64,000 nt of DNA from a candidate division WWE3 bacterium. GTDB taxonomy: Bacteria; Patescibacteriota; WWE3; JAPLWK01. A model generated the notes under the pieces. That model was not told where the DNA came from and did no database searches. It saw nothing but the letters and a program-made list of their open reading frames with translations. The position numbers and the translations under genes were made by a program. Positions 46,715-56,988 of the stretch are shown here, piece by piece; position 1 is the stretch's first letter, and each line of letters starts with the position of its first letter. The stretch is from positions 75,817 through 139,816 of the forward strand of contig JAPLWK010000008.1 of assembly GCA_026396615.1 (NCBI GenBank). Direction: 5' to 3'.

Positions 46715-47480
46715 ATTTTTTTATTTTCACCAACCAGCGCTTGGCGTGCCCATCAACCACTACTTGTTGAATCAATTGCAGTAACGACGACAAAAACCAG
46801 TACATCGTTAAACCCGAAGCCAGCTTCCAACCAATCAAAACCGTCATCACCGGCATAATGTATAACGATTGTTCTTGGATATTATACATGATATCGTCGC
46901 TTTTTCCAGCGGTTTTCTTGGCTAATTTTTCTTCTTTGGTAACTTGCGGCATCATCATTTTGGAAAGTAAAAATTGAGTAGCGGCGGCGATAATCGGAAG
47001 AATAAAAAATTGATCGGGCTTAATTAAATCAAGATACAAGAAACGGGTGTTTAAAACGTGGCCACCGGCAAATTGCAGGAACGGGTACAGTACTGAATTT
47101 AAGGTTTGGCCGGCATTGTTACCTAGAACCTTTAGAAAAACTTGATACAAAGCAAAAACAATCACTAAAGTAACAATTTGCATAATGCAGCCGGACGAAG
47201 GATTAAGACCATGCTCTTTTAGAAACTTGGCCTGAGCCTCCATTTGGGCTTTTTTATCGTCCTTAAATTTCTCTTTAATGGCGGCGAGTTCCGGAGCTAA
47301 TTCTCGCTGTTTTTTAGCGGATTTTAGCATCGGCAGCGACAAAGGCAAAGTAACGACTTTAATAATTATAGTGATGGCGATTATAGCCAAGCCTAAATTA
47401 CTGCCTAAAGAGTTGTATAAAAAAACCAGAGCGTTGGTTAAGGGAAAAACTAAACCTTGATTCCAAATGTTAGCAAGCAT
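46698..47480 (-). CDS. yidC: Membrane protein insertase YidC (short form)
   Basis: LGLAII.ITIIIK...LPL, NP.SGC, FL.LDL..PD, GL.MYW......Q.IQQ. Confidence 0.92.
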   Translation of the reverse strand: MLANIWNQGLVFPLTNALVFLYNSLGSNLGLAIIAITIIIKVVTLPLSLPMLKSAKKQRELAPELAAIKEKFKDDKKAQMEAQAKFLKEHGLNPSSGCIMQIVTLVIVFALYQVFLKVLGNNAGQTLNSVLYPFLQFAGGHVLNTRFLYLDLIKPDQFFILPIIAAATQFLLSKMMMPQVTKEEKLAKKTAGKSDDIMYNIQEQSLYIMPVMTVLIGWKLASGLTMYWFLSSLLQLIQQVVVDGHAKRWLVKIKKYAGKN

Positions 47481-47486
47481 AATAAA

Positions 47487-47723
47487 TTATTTAACCGGAT
47501 CGAAGCCACCGCGACTAAACGGGTTGCAACGGAGAATCCGGTACATGCCCATTAAAGACCCTCGCAGAATACCATATTTACCGATGGCTTCATAGCTGTA
47601 CTGCGAGCAACTGGGAGTAAAGCGGCAGAAATGAATCCCCGGAAACAGTTTGTGAGGAATTCCGTGATCAAAGGAGAGGAGTTTTTGATAAAGCCGAATT
47701 AAGGCTTGTGCGAATTTCGTCAT
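47487..47723 (-). CDS. yidD: Membrane protein insertion efficiency factor YidD
   Basis: [18 protein letters not shown]......[13 protein letters not shown]. Confidence 0.95.
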   Translation of the reverse strand: MTKFAQALIRLYQKLLSFDHGIPHKLFPGIHFCRFTPSCSQYSYEAIGKYGILRGSLMGMYRILRCNPFSRGGFDPVK

Positions 47724-48009
47724 AATTGCTAGTTAACGACCGTTTAAAAGCGACGATTACCACGTCATAACCCATTTTAAAAGATTCTAAATTTTCGTGC
47801 CAGGCATCCCTAAACATCCGCCGGACGCGATTACGATAGACCGCCCGCTTGTCAAGAGAATTAGTGACAATAATCCCAAGACGCGTTACTCCTTGCGTCT
47901 TAGCGGCCACGTACGACAAGCCAAACAGAGGTGTTGCAACCCCTTTTCCTAAGCGTTTAACGCGACGAAAATCGTAATCTGAAGTGAGTCTATATTTAGC
48001 AGGCAGCAC
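47668..48009 (-). CDS. rnpA: Ribonuclease P protein component
   Basis: MLP..YRL....DF..V...G, RLGIIV, AV.RNRVRR. Confidence 0.93.
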   Translation of the reverse strand: MLPAKYRLTSDYDFRRVKRLGKGVATPLFGLSYVAAKTQGVTRLGIIVTNSLDKRAVYRNRVRRMFRDAWHENLESFKMGYDVVIVAFKRSLTSNYDEIRTSLNSALSKTPLL

Positions 48010-48015
48010 TATTAT

Positions 48016-48174
48016 TTACGCTTTCTGAGTTAACTGCGGCGTTAAAACTTTGCGCCCCTTGGCCCGGCGAGATTTTAAAACCCTACGTCCTGTTGGGGTT
48101 GACATTCTCTTCATGAAACCGTGCACTTTAACGCGGTGTTTTTTCTTCGGTTGAAAAGTTCTCTTTGTAGCCAT
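48016..48174 (-). CDS. rpmH: 50S ribosomal protein L34 (below the ORF-track cutoff)
   Basis: Translated by hand: [52 protein letters not shown]. Confidence 0.96.
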   Translation of the reverse strand: MATKRTFQPKKKHRVKVHGFMKRMSTPTGRRVLKSRRAKGRKVLTPQLTQKA

Positions 48175-48227
48175 AACGAATGCATCTTACTTAAAAATAA
48201 ACCAAATAGCAACAACTAAAGAGCCTC

Positions 48228-48286
48228 TTGACGGCTTGTTGATAACTAACTACGATTTATAAACAACTGCCCCAAACTTACCCACA
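48228..48286 (+). promoter_or_regulatory. dnaA promoter with overlapping DnaA-box-like sites
   Basis: TTGACG-17 nt-TACGAT; tgttgataa (48237), ttataaaca (48257), ttacccaca (48278). Confidence 0.7.
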
Positions 48287-49641
48287 TGCCAACAGACATT
48301 CTTTGGAAAAACATTTTAAGTGAGATAGAAAAGGAAATCACCAGTAGCTTCTTTAAAGCTTTCTTAACTAAAACAAAGTTAATTAACTATGAAAATGGCG
48401 TGCTTAACGTTACCTGTGCCAGCGAGCAGGCTCGCTTTCAAATTGAAAATAAATACTTGGGAATTATTAAAAGTGTGGCGGATAAGTTAACCCAAAGCAA
48501 CACTAAAATTGTAATGACTGTGGAAGAAGCTGCTAAAAAAGCGGTCACAGAAGCACCACTACTTGATCAAATTGCCAAAGAAAAAGCCCACGACCCGGTA
48601 TTCACTTTAAATAGTAATCTCTCCACAAGCTACACCTTTGATAGCTTTGTAGTGGGTCCTAACAACCGCTTGGCTTCGGCCGTTGCTCATGCTATTGCCG
48701 ACAACCCCGGTACCGTCTACAATCCCTTCTTCATTTATTCCGGCGTTGGCTTGGGAAAAACGCATTTGATGCAAGCAATTGGCAACGAGATTTTAAAAAA
48801 CAAAAAGGGTGGCCGAGTGGTTTACACCACCGGAGAATCATTTACCAATGAGATGGTAGAAGCGATTCAAAATTCAAAAAGACAATATAGTAGCGTTTCT
48901 AAATTTAGAGATAAATATCGCAATGTTGATGCTTTACTCATAGATGACGTCCAGTTCATTGCTGGTAGGGAGACGACCCAGGAAGAGTTCTTCCACACTT
49001 TTAACGCTCTTTATTTAAATCATAAGCAGATTATTTTAACGTCCGATCGGCCTCCCAAAGACATTGCTCGCCTCGAAGAACGCCTCTCGTCCCGTTTCTT
49101 AAGTGGCATGACGGCCGATATGCAAGCCCCCGATTTAGACATGCGCTCGGCTATTCTGCGTCAAAAACGTGACCAATTAAAATTACCAATTACCAATGAG
49201 GTGACTGATTTTATCGCCGAACGAGTTCTTAGTAATGTGCGGGAACTGGAAGGGGCTTTGCTTAAGGTCAGTGCAGTCGGTCAAGCTTCAGGATCAGCGG
49301 TGACGATTGACCAAGCGGCTGAAATCTTGGGGCAAGTAGCCCGCGAGCAACGCAAAAATTATACTTCTACCGACATCATCAAAGCCGTCGCCAGTTATTA
49401 CAACGTTAAATTAGTGGATCTTAAAGGGCCCAGACGCCAAGCCGAAGTCGTCGTGCCTCGGCAAATTGCCATGTACCTGGTTCGCTCTTTAACTCAAATG
49501 CCGGTCATTACCCTCGGCGAAATCTTTGGCGGTCGTGATCACAGCACAGTCATTCACGCCACGGATAAAATAGCGTTAGCGGTTAAAACCGATACCAAAA
49601 TGAATCAAGATATTATTAATATTAAGCAAGGTTTATTGTAG
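48286..49641 (+). CDS. dnaA: Chromosomal replication initiator DnaA
   Basis: YTFDSFVVG..N, YNPFFIYSGVGLGKTHL, IDDVQF, QEEFFHTFN, NVRELEGAL, GGRDHSTVIHA. Confidence 0.98.
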   Translation: MPTDILWKNILSEIEKEITSSFFKAFLTKTKLINYENGVLNVTCASEQARFQIENKYLGIIKSVADKLTQSNTKIVMTVEEAAKKAVTEAPLLDQIAKEKAHDPVFTLNSNLSTSYTFDSFVVGPNNRLASAVAHAIADNPGTVYNPFFIYSGVGLGKTHLMQAIGNEILKNKKGGRVVYTTGESFTNEMVEAIQNSKRQYSSVSKFRDKYRNVDALLIDDVQFIAGRETTQEEFFHTFNALYLNHKQIILTSDRPPKDIARLEERLSSRFLSGMTADMQAPDLDMRSAILRQKRDQLKLPITNEVTDFIAERVLSNVRELEGALLKVSAVGQASGSAVTIDQAAEILGQVAREQRKNYTSTDIIKAVASYYNVKLVDLKGPRRQAEVVVPRQIAMYLVRSLTQMPVITLGEIFGGRDHSTVIHATDKIALAVKTDTKMNQDIINIKQGLL

Positions 49642-49701
49642 GCTGCAGATCCGAATTAATCCGAAAGGGTATTTGAATTTATTCGAATATCGAATCGGGT
49701 T

Positions 49702-49725
49702 GAGGACGAGGCATGCCTCGTCCTC
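49702..49725. repeat. REP-related perfect palindrome
   Basis: gaggacgaggcatgcctcgtcctc, with the same stem as 21403-21428. Confidence 0.75.
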
Positions 49726-49747
49726 GGATAAAACAAACATACGTTAA

Positions 49748-49994
49748 TGTGGATAATCAACAATTACACTCCAGGCCTTGTGGATAAAAGTCTAACTTGT
49801 CCACAAAGTTATCTACATAAGTTTATAGTTATCAACAATTGATTCGAGTGTTCCTACAAGCTTAAGTGTGGTCAAAAGTAGTAGGTATCAAAAGTATAGA
49901 CATATGAACAAACAAAAAACATTAAATAACAAGTTACAAAAGGCCGCTTTTATGTTGATCAACATGTTAACACCACCTAATACTAAGACGACTA
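49748..49994. other. Probable oriC: DnaA-box cluster and DnaA-trio-like run
   Basis: tgtggataa at 49748 and 49779; near-consensus boxes at 49797, 49809 and 49829; cta-ata-cta-aga-cga-cta at 49977-49994. Confidence 0.8.
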
Positions 49995-51292
49995 AATATA
50001 AACAGTTAAAACCATTACAGTGGGTTGTTCATAACCTCAAGTCGATATCTTTTGTTCTGTTATTATTTGGGATAATAGTTAACTGGGGAAAACATTATAT
50101 AAATAGTGGCTCCTACGTTTCTGGAACTTTAGTTGATTACTTAATTCCTACTTTCTATTTTAGTTACTTAACAACTCTGTTTTTTATTAGCGTTAATCTT
50201 AAAGAAGCGGTTACCAATATATTTCAGACATCTTCTAAGATTTACACCGCTCTAAGGATTCGACGATTACTTTTTATACTGGCTATAATTTTTATAGTAC
50301 TAGTCATATTTTCCTATTTACTTAACCCTACTGTTGCTAGTTTAACGAAGACCTTACAGCTATTTTTAATGCTTAATCTCTTTGTTGTGGTCACTAACAT
50401 TCAAATCACGCCGCGGGACCTTAAGGCTATCATGACGACCTTAGTGGCACTGCTAGTTGTGACGGCACTTTTGGGTTTGTACCAATTTATTTTCCAGCGC
50501 AGTTTGTGTGGTTACTTTTGTTTTGGGGAGACAAATTTACTTAAAAATACTTATGGTATTACTACCGACTTTTTTGGAAGTGTCTCCCGAATACTTCCCT
50601 ACGGCCCTTTTCCACACCCTAATATTTTCGGCGGTTTCTTGGCACTAGGAGTAACTTTTGTAAGTTGGCTTTTCTTAAAAACTCATAAGTGGGGCTATAT
50701 AGTTTTTATAATATTTATAGCTTCTATAATTTTTATAACTCACTCAGAAATGGCTATTTTGACAGCCCTACTCGGAGTATTATTTTTGCTATTTTTAAAA
50801 GCGTCATCCAAAGTGTTTAAATTAGTCTGGCTAGGCAGTTTAGTCACTTTAGTGATTGGACTCGAGATTTATTTAGTAACTCATCCGTTAGTTTTAAACA
50901 CCCTTTCTTGGCTACGTCGTTTGCACTTAGCTCAGTCTGCTGTGACGGCCATTAAGAACTTTCCAATCCTGGGGCTGGGTCCTAATAATTTTATAAAGTA
51001 CTTGCCTAGTCTCCCTTATAACCCCGGCTTTCCGCCGTTTTGGCAGCCGGTACATAATATTTATCTGCTAATTGCGTCAGAGCTGGGGGTGCCAACTTTA
51101 ATAGTTATAATATTTATAATTCTTATAATATTTATAACTGTTATACAGTCGCGGCGATATCTTTTTGCGGCATTAATAGCTCAACTTTTAATCTTAGGTT
51201 TTTGGGATCACTATCTGTGGACGACGCCCCAAGGTCTTTTATTGTTTTGGTTGACTTTAGGGGTCGCTGTTTCTAATATAAAGAGGCGATGA
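49868..51292 (+). CDS. O-antigen ligase (Wzy_C) family membrane protein
   Basis: YGPFPHPNIFGGFL, RR......A...IK.FPILGLGPNNF, QPVHNIYLLIASELG, DHYLWT; true start is probably downstream of 49868. Confidence 0.85.
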   Translation: MVKSSRYQKYRHMNKQKTLNNKLQKAAFMLINMLTPPNTKTTKYKQLKPLQWVVHNLKSISFVLLLFGIIVNWGKHYINSGSYVSGTLVDYLIPTFYFSYLTTLFFISVNLKEAVTNIFQTSSKIYTALRIRRLLFILAIIFIVLVIFSYLLNPTVASLTKTLQLFLMLNLFVVVTNIQITPRDLKAIMTTLVALLVVTALLGLYQFIFQRSLCGYFCFGETNLLKNTYGITTDFFGSVSRILPYGPFPHPNIFGGFLALGVTFVSWLFLKTHKWGYIVFIIFIASIIFITHSEMAILTALLGVLFLLFLKASSKVFKLVWLGSLVTLVIGLEIYLVTHPLVLNTLSWLRRLHLAQSAVTAIKNFPILGLGPNNFIKYLPSLPYNPGFPPFWQPVHNIYLLIASELGVPTLIVIIFIILIIFITVIQSRRYLFAALIAQLLILGFWDHYLWTTPQGLLLFWLTLGVAVSNIKRR

Positions 51293-52584
51293 AATTCTCC
51301 GCGACTCGACTTCTATCCACTGCGCTGCTGGTGACGCTGCCTTTTGGTTTGGGTGGCTGTAACTCTAAGTTACCCGGAGCTGCCGCCAAAGTCACTTTGA
51401 CTTATTGGGGCTTGTTTGAGCACCCGGAAACAGTCGCTCCCTTGATTGCCGGTTACCAAAAACTGCACCCTAACGTCACTATTAATTATTCACCGCAAAC
51501 CTATACCACTTTAGCCAGTTACAAGGAGACGGTTTTGACTCGTCTTAAAGGCGGCACTAGCGGCACCGTTCCTGATATTCTACGAATTCACGCCTCTTGG
51601 GTGCCCGGTATGTACCAAAATTTATCACCGTTACCCACGACGGTTTATAGCCCCACCGATTTTTCGCAGACGTTTTACCCGGCGGCCGCTAAGTCCTTAA
51701 CCATTGGCACCAATATTTACGGCATTCCGTTAATGTATGACGGCTTGGCGTTAGTTTATAACACCGATCTGTTTGCCGAGGCCGGGATTACTTCCCCACC
51801 GACCACTTGGGAAGATTTTCGAGCGGTGGCTGTGAAACTTACTAAACTTGATGCCAGGGGTCGAATCGATCAGTCGGGGGCGGCCATCGGTCTTTCCAGC
51901 AATGTCGCTTTTGGCAGTGATCTGCTAAATTTAATGTGGGCCCAAAGTAGCCTTAAAATTCCCGATGATTTGGGAACGCAAGCGGCTTCCGATGCTCTCA
52001 CTTTTTACACTAATTTTGCCAAGCAGGATAAAGTTTGGGATAGTGACCTTCCCTATTCGGTGACCTCGTTTGCTAACGGCAAGGTGGGCATGATTTTTGT
52101 GCCTTCTTGGACTTTACTGGATATTACCGGCATTAATCCTTCTATTAAATACGCCGTGGCGCCGGTTCCCCAAGTGCCCAGTTTAACGGGATCGCAAAGC
52201 TCCGTAAATTGGGCCAGTTTTTGGGTAGAGAGTGTCGCTAAGTCTTCACCAAATAGTGCGGCAGCTTGGGATTTCCTAAAATATTTAAGCGAAAAAAGTA
52301 CTCAGCAACAGTTCTACAGTGAAACCGCCAAAATCCGGCCTTACGGTGAACTTTACAGTCGCCGTGATTTACGTGACAGTTTATTGTCTGACAAGAATTT
52401 AAGCCCCTATATTTCCGGGGCGGAATCCGCGGTTACCGGCGCTGTCTCCGACCGGGCCGGTAATGACTTTGCGGTGGCCGCCGTTAACGACGCCATTTCC
52501 GCGGCCGCAGCTGGCACCGATGCCAAAACAGCTTTAGGCATTTGCCAAAAAACCTTGCAGCAACTTGGGGTTAGAAGTTTGTAG
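51289..52584 (+). CDS. Carbohydrate ABC-type extracellular solute-binding lipoprotein
   Basis: Lipobox LGGC, LTYWG, PDI, YGIP...D.LAL.YN.DLF..AG...PPTTWE, AAWDFLKYL. Confidence 0.88.
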   Translation: MKFSATRLLSTALLVTLPFGLGGCNSKLPGAAAKVTLTYWGLFEHPETVAPLIAGYQKLHPNVTINYSPQTYTTLASYKETVLTRLKGGTSGTVPDILRIHASWVPGMYQNLSPLPTTVYSPTDFSQTFYPAAAKSLTIGTNIYGIPLMYDGLALVYNTDLFAEAGITSPPTTWEDFRAVAVKLTKLDARGRIDQSGAAIGLSSNVAFGSDLLNLMWAQSSLKIPDDLGTQAASDALTFYTNFAKQDKVWDSDLPYSVTSFANGKVGMIFVPSWTLLDITGINPSIKYAVAPVPQVPSLTGSQSSVNWASFWVESVAKSSPNSAAAWDFLKYLSEKSTQQQFYSETAKIRPYGELYSRRDLRDSLLSDKNLSPYISGAESAVTGAVSDRAGNDFAVAAVNDAISAAAAGTDAKTALGICQKTLQQLGVRSL

Positions 52585-53725
52585 TGGCAGAGGGAGAGGC
52601 GTTGGGGATGACATCGGGCGCAGTCATTTTTTCCCTAATTAAACTTTGAATCTCACTAAAAACGCCGTTACCTTTTCTGGGGATAGCAATATAGCCATAA
52701 ACATCATCGTGACCGTCCACTAAAATCCCACCACCGTCTTCTTGACCCGCCCAAGAACTTAAGACCAAACTGACCGGCTTTACCACTTTAAGTTTTTGAG
52801 TAGCTACCAAAGCTTCCGGAATCTCGGAAATATCAAAGTTGGTGTCGACCGCCGTTTTAAAATTGTTATAAAGCTCCTGCAGTTTACTAATGTTTAAAAG
52901 CGTTTGCGAGGATAGCAGTTTTTCTTTAACGCCCTCAATAATTAGTTGCTGCCTACGTGCCCGACCAAAGTCAGTGCCTAGTGTTCCAACTCCATGGCGG
53001 CTGCGGGCAAATTCTAAAGCCTGGGCACCGTCCAAATGCAAGGGCCCGGGAACGTATTTTAGGTGTTTAAAGCGGCAACGAAAGCGGAAGGCGGGATCTT
53101 CTCCATTTGCTAGCGCGTCCTCAGTCTCTTTATTCACATCCAAGCCACAAGTAGCGTTTTCCATGCCGGTTACTGGGTAGTCAAAATCCTCGTAAGCCGC
53201 AGGAACAACGATATCCACTCCGCCTACGATGTCAATTGCGCGAGTAAAGGCGTCAAAGCCAATTAAAACATGGTAATGAATCGGGAGTCCGGTAACTTCG
53301 GTAACGGCCGCTTCCGTATTTTTAATGTCATCGCCGTTTAAATGATAAATGCTATTTATTTTCATTCTAAAAGAAGGAATGTATAAATCACGAGGAACGG
53401 AGACCATTAAAACCTTTTTGGTCGTCTGGTTTATTGATAACACTAAAATCGTATCGGTGAGGGTGCCACTTTGAATAGCGCTTTTTTGATCGCGAGTGTC
53501 GGTTCCTAAAATTAAAATGTTGGTTACGCCGTCAGATTCTTTAAGAGGGGTGGGGTGCGTGATTTGGGTGTAAATCTCGATGGGATTAAGTTTAGTGACT
53601 TTAGCGATACCAAAGATTCCGGCCCCAATGATTCCCATGACGACTAAAAAAAGAATCGTAAAAATAATCGTCGCATTCTTATTTTTCCTCTTAGAAACTC
53701 TGGGAGCCAGATCAACGTATTGCAT
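52571..53725 (-). CDS. LCP (LytR-CpsA-Psr) family protein
   Basis: NILILGTD, TDTI, SVPRDL, KINS, ID.VGGV, ALEFARSRH, DFGRARRQQ. Confidence 0.92.
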   Translation of the reverse strand: MQYVDLAPRVSKRKNKNATIIFTILFLVVMGIIGAGIFGIAKVTKLNPIEIYTQITHPTPLKESDGVTNILILGTDTRDQKSAIQSGTLTDTILVLSINQTTKKVLMVSVPRDLYIPSFRMKINSIYHLNGDDIKNTEAAVTEVTGLPIHYHVLIGFDAFTRAIDIVGGVDIVVPAAYEDFDYPVTGMENATCGLDVNKETEDALANGEDPAFRFRCRFKHLKYVPGPLHLDGAQALEFARSRHGVGTLGTDFGRARRQQLIIEGVKEKLLSSQTLLNISKLQELYNNFKTAVDTNFDISEIPEALVATQKLKVVKPVSLVLSSWAGQEDGGGILVDGHDDVYGYIAIPRKGNGVFSEIQSLIREKMTAPDVIPNASPSATTNF

Positions 53726-53730
53726 AATTT

Positions 53731-54399
53731 TTAAGCGTACGCTTGGATAATTTTAAAAAGTTCTTCCGGTTCTCGCGAGGCGTTACCAACGAGGACCCCC
53801 CAAATCTCAGAAGACTTGGCGTAAACGGCGGCATTTTTACTGTTTACACTGCCCCCGTAAAGCACGGGAACGTCCGGAAGAATTGTCTGCACCTCTTTAA
53901 TGAATGCTAAAACCTCTTTAACATCTTCTGCTTTACCAACTTTACCGGTACTAATAGCGTCCAGTGGTTCATACGCAAGGAGTAAATCATCGGCTTTAAA
54001 ACCGGCATCAGCGAGAATTTGCACTTGGTTTAGATTGGATACGCAAACAATCGGCATAATATTACAGGCAAAAGCTTGACCGATTTTAGCAACTATAACC
54101 TCATCACTTTCTTTAAACTCAGTCCGCCGTTCACTATGCCCGATCAACGCATAGTCAACCATTTCAGCAACTTGGCTGGCCGCTACTTCACCGGTATGGG
54201 GTCCGGTCGGAAAGGCCGAAACATCCTGAGCCCCTAAAAAGTAAGGCACTCCTTCAAAGGCTTTTAGAAGCGGTAGTGATGGGCAGAAAATGACGACCAC
54301 ATTTTCCGGGAGTATTTGATTATTAAATTCCACCAAGAATTCCCGAGTTTCTTTAATATTTTTATTAGCTTTCCAGTTAGCAACGACGAATTTTTTCAT
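53731..54399 (-). CDS. tpiA: Triosephosphate isomerase
   Basis: ANWK, AQDVS, G.HTGEV, IGHSERR, AYEP, LYGGSV, LVG.AS. Confidence 0.93.
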   Translation of the reverse strand: MKKFVVANWKANKNIKETREFLVEFNNQILPENVVVIFCPSLPLLKAFEGVPYFLGAQDVSAFPTGPHTGEVAASQVAEMVDYALIGHSERRTEFKESDEVIVAKIGQAFACNIMPIVCVSNLNQVQILADAGFKADDLLLAYEPLDAISTGKVGKAEDVKEVLAFIKEVQTILPDVPVLYGGSVNSKNAAVYAKSSEIWGVLVGNASREPEELFKIIQAYA

Positions 54400-54405
54400 A
54401 AAGTA

Positions 54406-56289
54406 TTATGGAATGTTAACCTCTGTTACGCCACTTGACCCCGATGTTAGATTTTCTTTAAGTTCCTCAGTTTTAGCGTCTTCTTTAATTTTTAAAACCT
54501 CGGAAGGCTTAGTGGTAATTAATTTATGCTCTTCAGGCGAGGCGACGACTTGGATGGCGACGTGATTAGCGCCGGCAAAGAACAGACCCTCTCCAATGCC
54601 AGCGGAGAGTAATAATCTTTTTTCCCCGTCAGACAAGTAGAAAACGTCGCCCAATTTGTCGATTTCTGAAGGACTTTGCTTTAGCAGTATTTGCAGTGAA
54701 GAGTTGGAAATAATGGCTTGGCCAAAGTCGGTTCCTAAAAAGTCGCCGACATTTTGAGTAATTGTGGTTAGTCCCAAGAAATATTTGCGGCAACGCTTGG
54801 CCATGGAGTATAGGAAACTGGCGCTATCGGGGCTTTGCATCATATACCAAGCTTCATCCACAATTAAAATCCGTTTCTTCATTTCTCGTTTTACTTTAGT
54901 CCAAATGTAATCAAGGATAATAAACATGGCAATGGGCCGCAGCACATCCTCCAGTTGCTTGGTTGAAAAGACCGTAAAGCTGTTATCTAAATTTAAATTA
55001 CTATGGTGATCAAAAATCCCGGCCATACTGCCCTTAATATATCTTTCGAGTCTGGTCGCCAAACCTTTGGCCTCGACTTCTTCCATGCCCAGCAACACTT
55101 TATAAAGATCTTCCATCAATGGCGGCTCTTGGGTGCGCTGGGTTTCGGGATCGGGAGTAATGCCCTTTAGCTTGTAGGTAGCCACCAAAGCGCGATCCAA
55201 AATGGCCTCCTCAGTGTTACTAATTGTGCCGTAAATTATTTTAAAAAGCGAGTGCAGACTTAAGATTTTTAAACCTAGTTCATTCTCACCACTACCTGTG
55301 ACGCCAGCCAGATCAAAAGGATTTATTTTAGATTGAGAGCTTGAGGAAAATTCGATGTACTCGCCGCCAACCGCTTCACATAAGCGGTCGTACTCATTTT
55401 CCGGATCTAGTACAATCACGTCAGTTCCAAACATTAAGGAGCGTAAAGCCTCTAATTTCACAAAGTAAGACTTTCCGGCCCCGGCCTTGGCAAAAACCAC
55501 CGAGTTAGCGTTTTCCAAAGTAAAGCGGTCAAAAATAACTAAAGAACCGTTATGTTTATTAATACCATATAGAATTCCTTCGTTGCTGGTTAATTCTGAT
55601 GAGGTAAAGGGAAACGTCGTTGCCAAAGAGGTCGTGTCCATGTTCCTGGTCACTAAAATCTTGTCTAAACAAGTCGGCGTGGTGGTTTGAAAAGCCTGTT
55701 CCATTTGTAAAGTGGCGTGTTTAGAAATAATCATGATCGAGCCTAGTGTCCCTTCGACCCGCTTAGTGACAGCATTTAATTCATCCAGGTTAGTGGCCGG
55801 AATCGTAATATATAAGGAGAATTGGAAAAAGCGTTCCGCTCCTTTTACTAATTGATCTTGCAGCGATTTAGCGTCCTCCAAAGCGGCCCGCACTGTTGGA
55901 TCCACCACTTTACCATGCTCGCTATCGGAAGCTAATGTTGCCTCCATTTCGGCAATTTTATGCCGTAAATCATCTAAAACTCCTTGGGCTTGAACCGGAT
56001 AATAAAACATGGAAATGTCTAAGGTATGATCAAAAGTAATTAATGGTGATAGCCAGTTGGCGCCGACGAATCTGGGGTAGCCGGAAACAAAGAGGGTCCT
56101 AAAAAAAGTGGTTCCGATTTTTAAATGATCAAAGTCTACCTCGATGGCTGAGGGAGCAATAATGTCGGCTACATTAACCATGCCGGCGGCCAAAGTTTGA
56201 GCCGGATTATCCGTCGGGGTTTCGGGAGCGGCGGCTGGTGTTTTTTTCTTCCCCGGTAATAAATCTCTAAAATTTAAGTATAAGGCCAT
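54406..56289 (-). CDS. VirB4-like ATPase
   Basis: YGIN, FDRF.LENAN, Walker A AKAGAGKS, DPENEY, INPFD, Walker B IVDEAW, RKY, ITQ. Confidence 0.9.
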   Translation of the reverse strand: MALYLNFRDLLPGKKKTPAAAPETPTDNPAQTLAAGMVNVADIIAPSAIEVDFDHLKIGTTFFRTLFVSGYPRFVGANWLSPLITFDHTLDISMFYYPVQAQGVLDDLRHKIAEMEATLASDSEHGKVVDPTVRAALEDAKSLQDQLVKGAERFFQFSLYITIPATNLDELNAVTKRVEGTLGSIMIISKHATLQMEQAFQTTTPTCLDKILVTRNMDTTSLATTFPFTSSELTSNEGILYGINKHNGSLVIFDRFTLENANSVVFAKAGAGKSYFVKLEALRSLMFGTDVIVLDPENEYDRLCEAVGGEYIEFSSSSQSKINPFDLAGVTGSGENELGLKILSLHSLFKIIYGTISNTEEAILDRALVATYKLKGITPDPETQRTQEPPLMEDLYKVLLGMEEVEAKGLATRLERYIKGSMAGIFDHHSNLNLDNSFTVFSTKQLEDVLRPIAMFIILDYIWTKVKREMKKRILIVDEAWYMMQSPDSASFLYSMAKRCRKYFLGLTTITQNVGDFLGTDFGQAIISNSSLQILLKQSPSEIDKLGDVFYLSDGEKRLLLSAGIGEGLFFAGANHVAIQVVASPEEHKLITTKPSEVLKIKEDAKTEELKENLTSGSSGVTEVNIP

Positions 56290-56292
56290 AAA

Positions 56293-56988
56293 TTAAGCAA
56301 TCATCGGCTCCACAATGGGGGCGGTATATTCACTGGTATCCTTTATTTTCTGCTCCCTGGAACTGGCGGGGTTATAAATATCATAAAAAAGCGACACCAA
56401 TTCTTCGGTGTTTAATTGCCGAGCTTTAACCCCCATTTTAGAAAATTCTTTAATAATATGATCTCTTTTGGGGATTAATTGGCTAACCGACTTCTTTAAA
56501 ATATATTCGGTATCTACATAAACTCTTTTAGTGGTGACGCCAAATAAGTTTAGCAGCCAATCGAAGGGGCCACTCCCTGTCGCCGACGTGACAATTCCGT
56601 AAGGAATAATCACGTAGAATTTTTTATCTAAGACATCATTTTGGGTAATTAATTCTTCAATAAATTTTCGATACCCAATTACCTGGCCTCGTAACTTTTC
56701 ATTAGCCTGGCCCTCTTCCGCTTTTGTGAGTATCTCCAAATAATTAGATACGTCCATTCTTTTACTGCGAATCACGATTTGAATCGGGAAAGATAGAGAA
56801 TTTAATAGACCGGCGTAAGCGGCAATCATACTATCTTGCTCGCGTTCAGAAAGGAGGTCAAAGTTAACGGCGGTGGTTTGAATCACTATGGCCGCCCCGC
56901 CGGTTTTTAGAATCAAAGTATCATTCTTAATATCCGCGATATCAATGTGTTGCTGAGTGGAAGCATTTATGGGAGTGTTATATTTCAT
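56293..56988 (-). CDS. VirB4-associated protein (resembles a split VirB4/TraC N-terminal region)
   Basis: VNFDLLSEREQ.......LLNSL.FPIQI, KFYVIIPY, L..EELV.LFY..YNP; lies between PrgI and VirB4. Confidence 0.7.
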   Translation of the reverse strand: MKYNTPINASTQQHIDIADIKNDTLILKTGGAAIVIQTTAVNFDLLSEREQDSMIAAYAGLLNSLSFPIQIVIRSKRMDVSNYLEILTKAEEGQANEKLRGQVIGYRKFIEELITQNDVLDKKFYVIIPYGIVTSATGSGPFDWLLNLFGVTTKRVYVDTEYILKKSVSQLIPKRDHIIKEFSKMGVKARQLNTEELVSLFYDIYNPASSREQKIKDTSEYTAPIVEPMIA

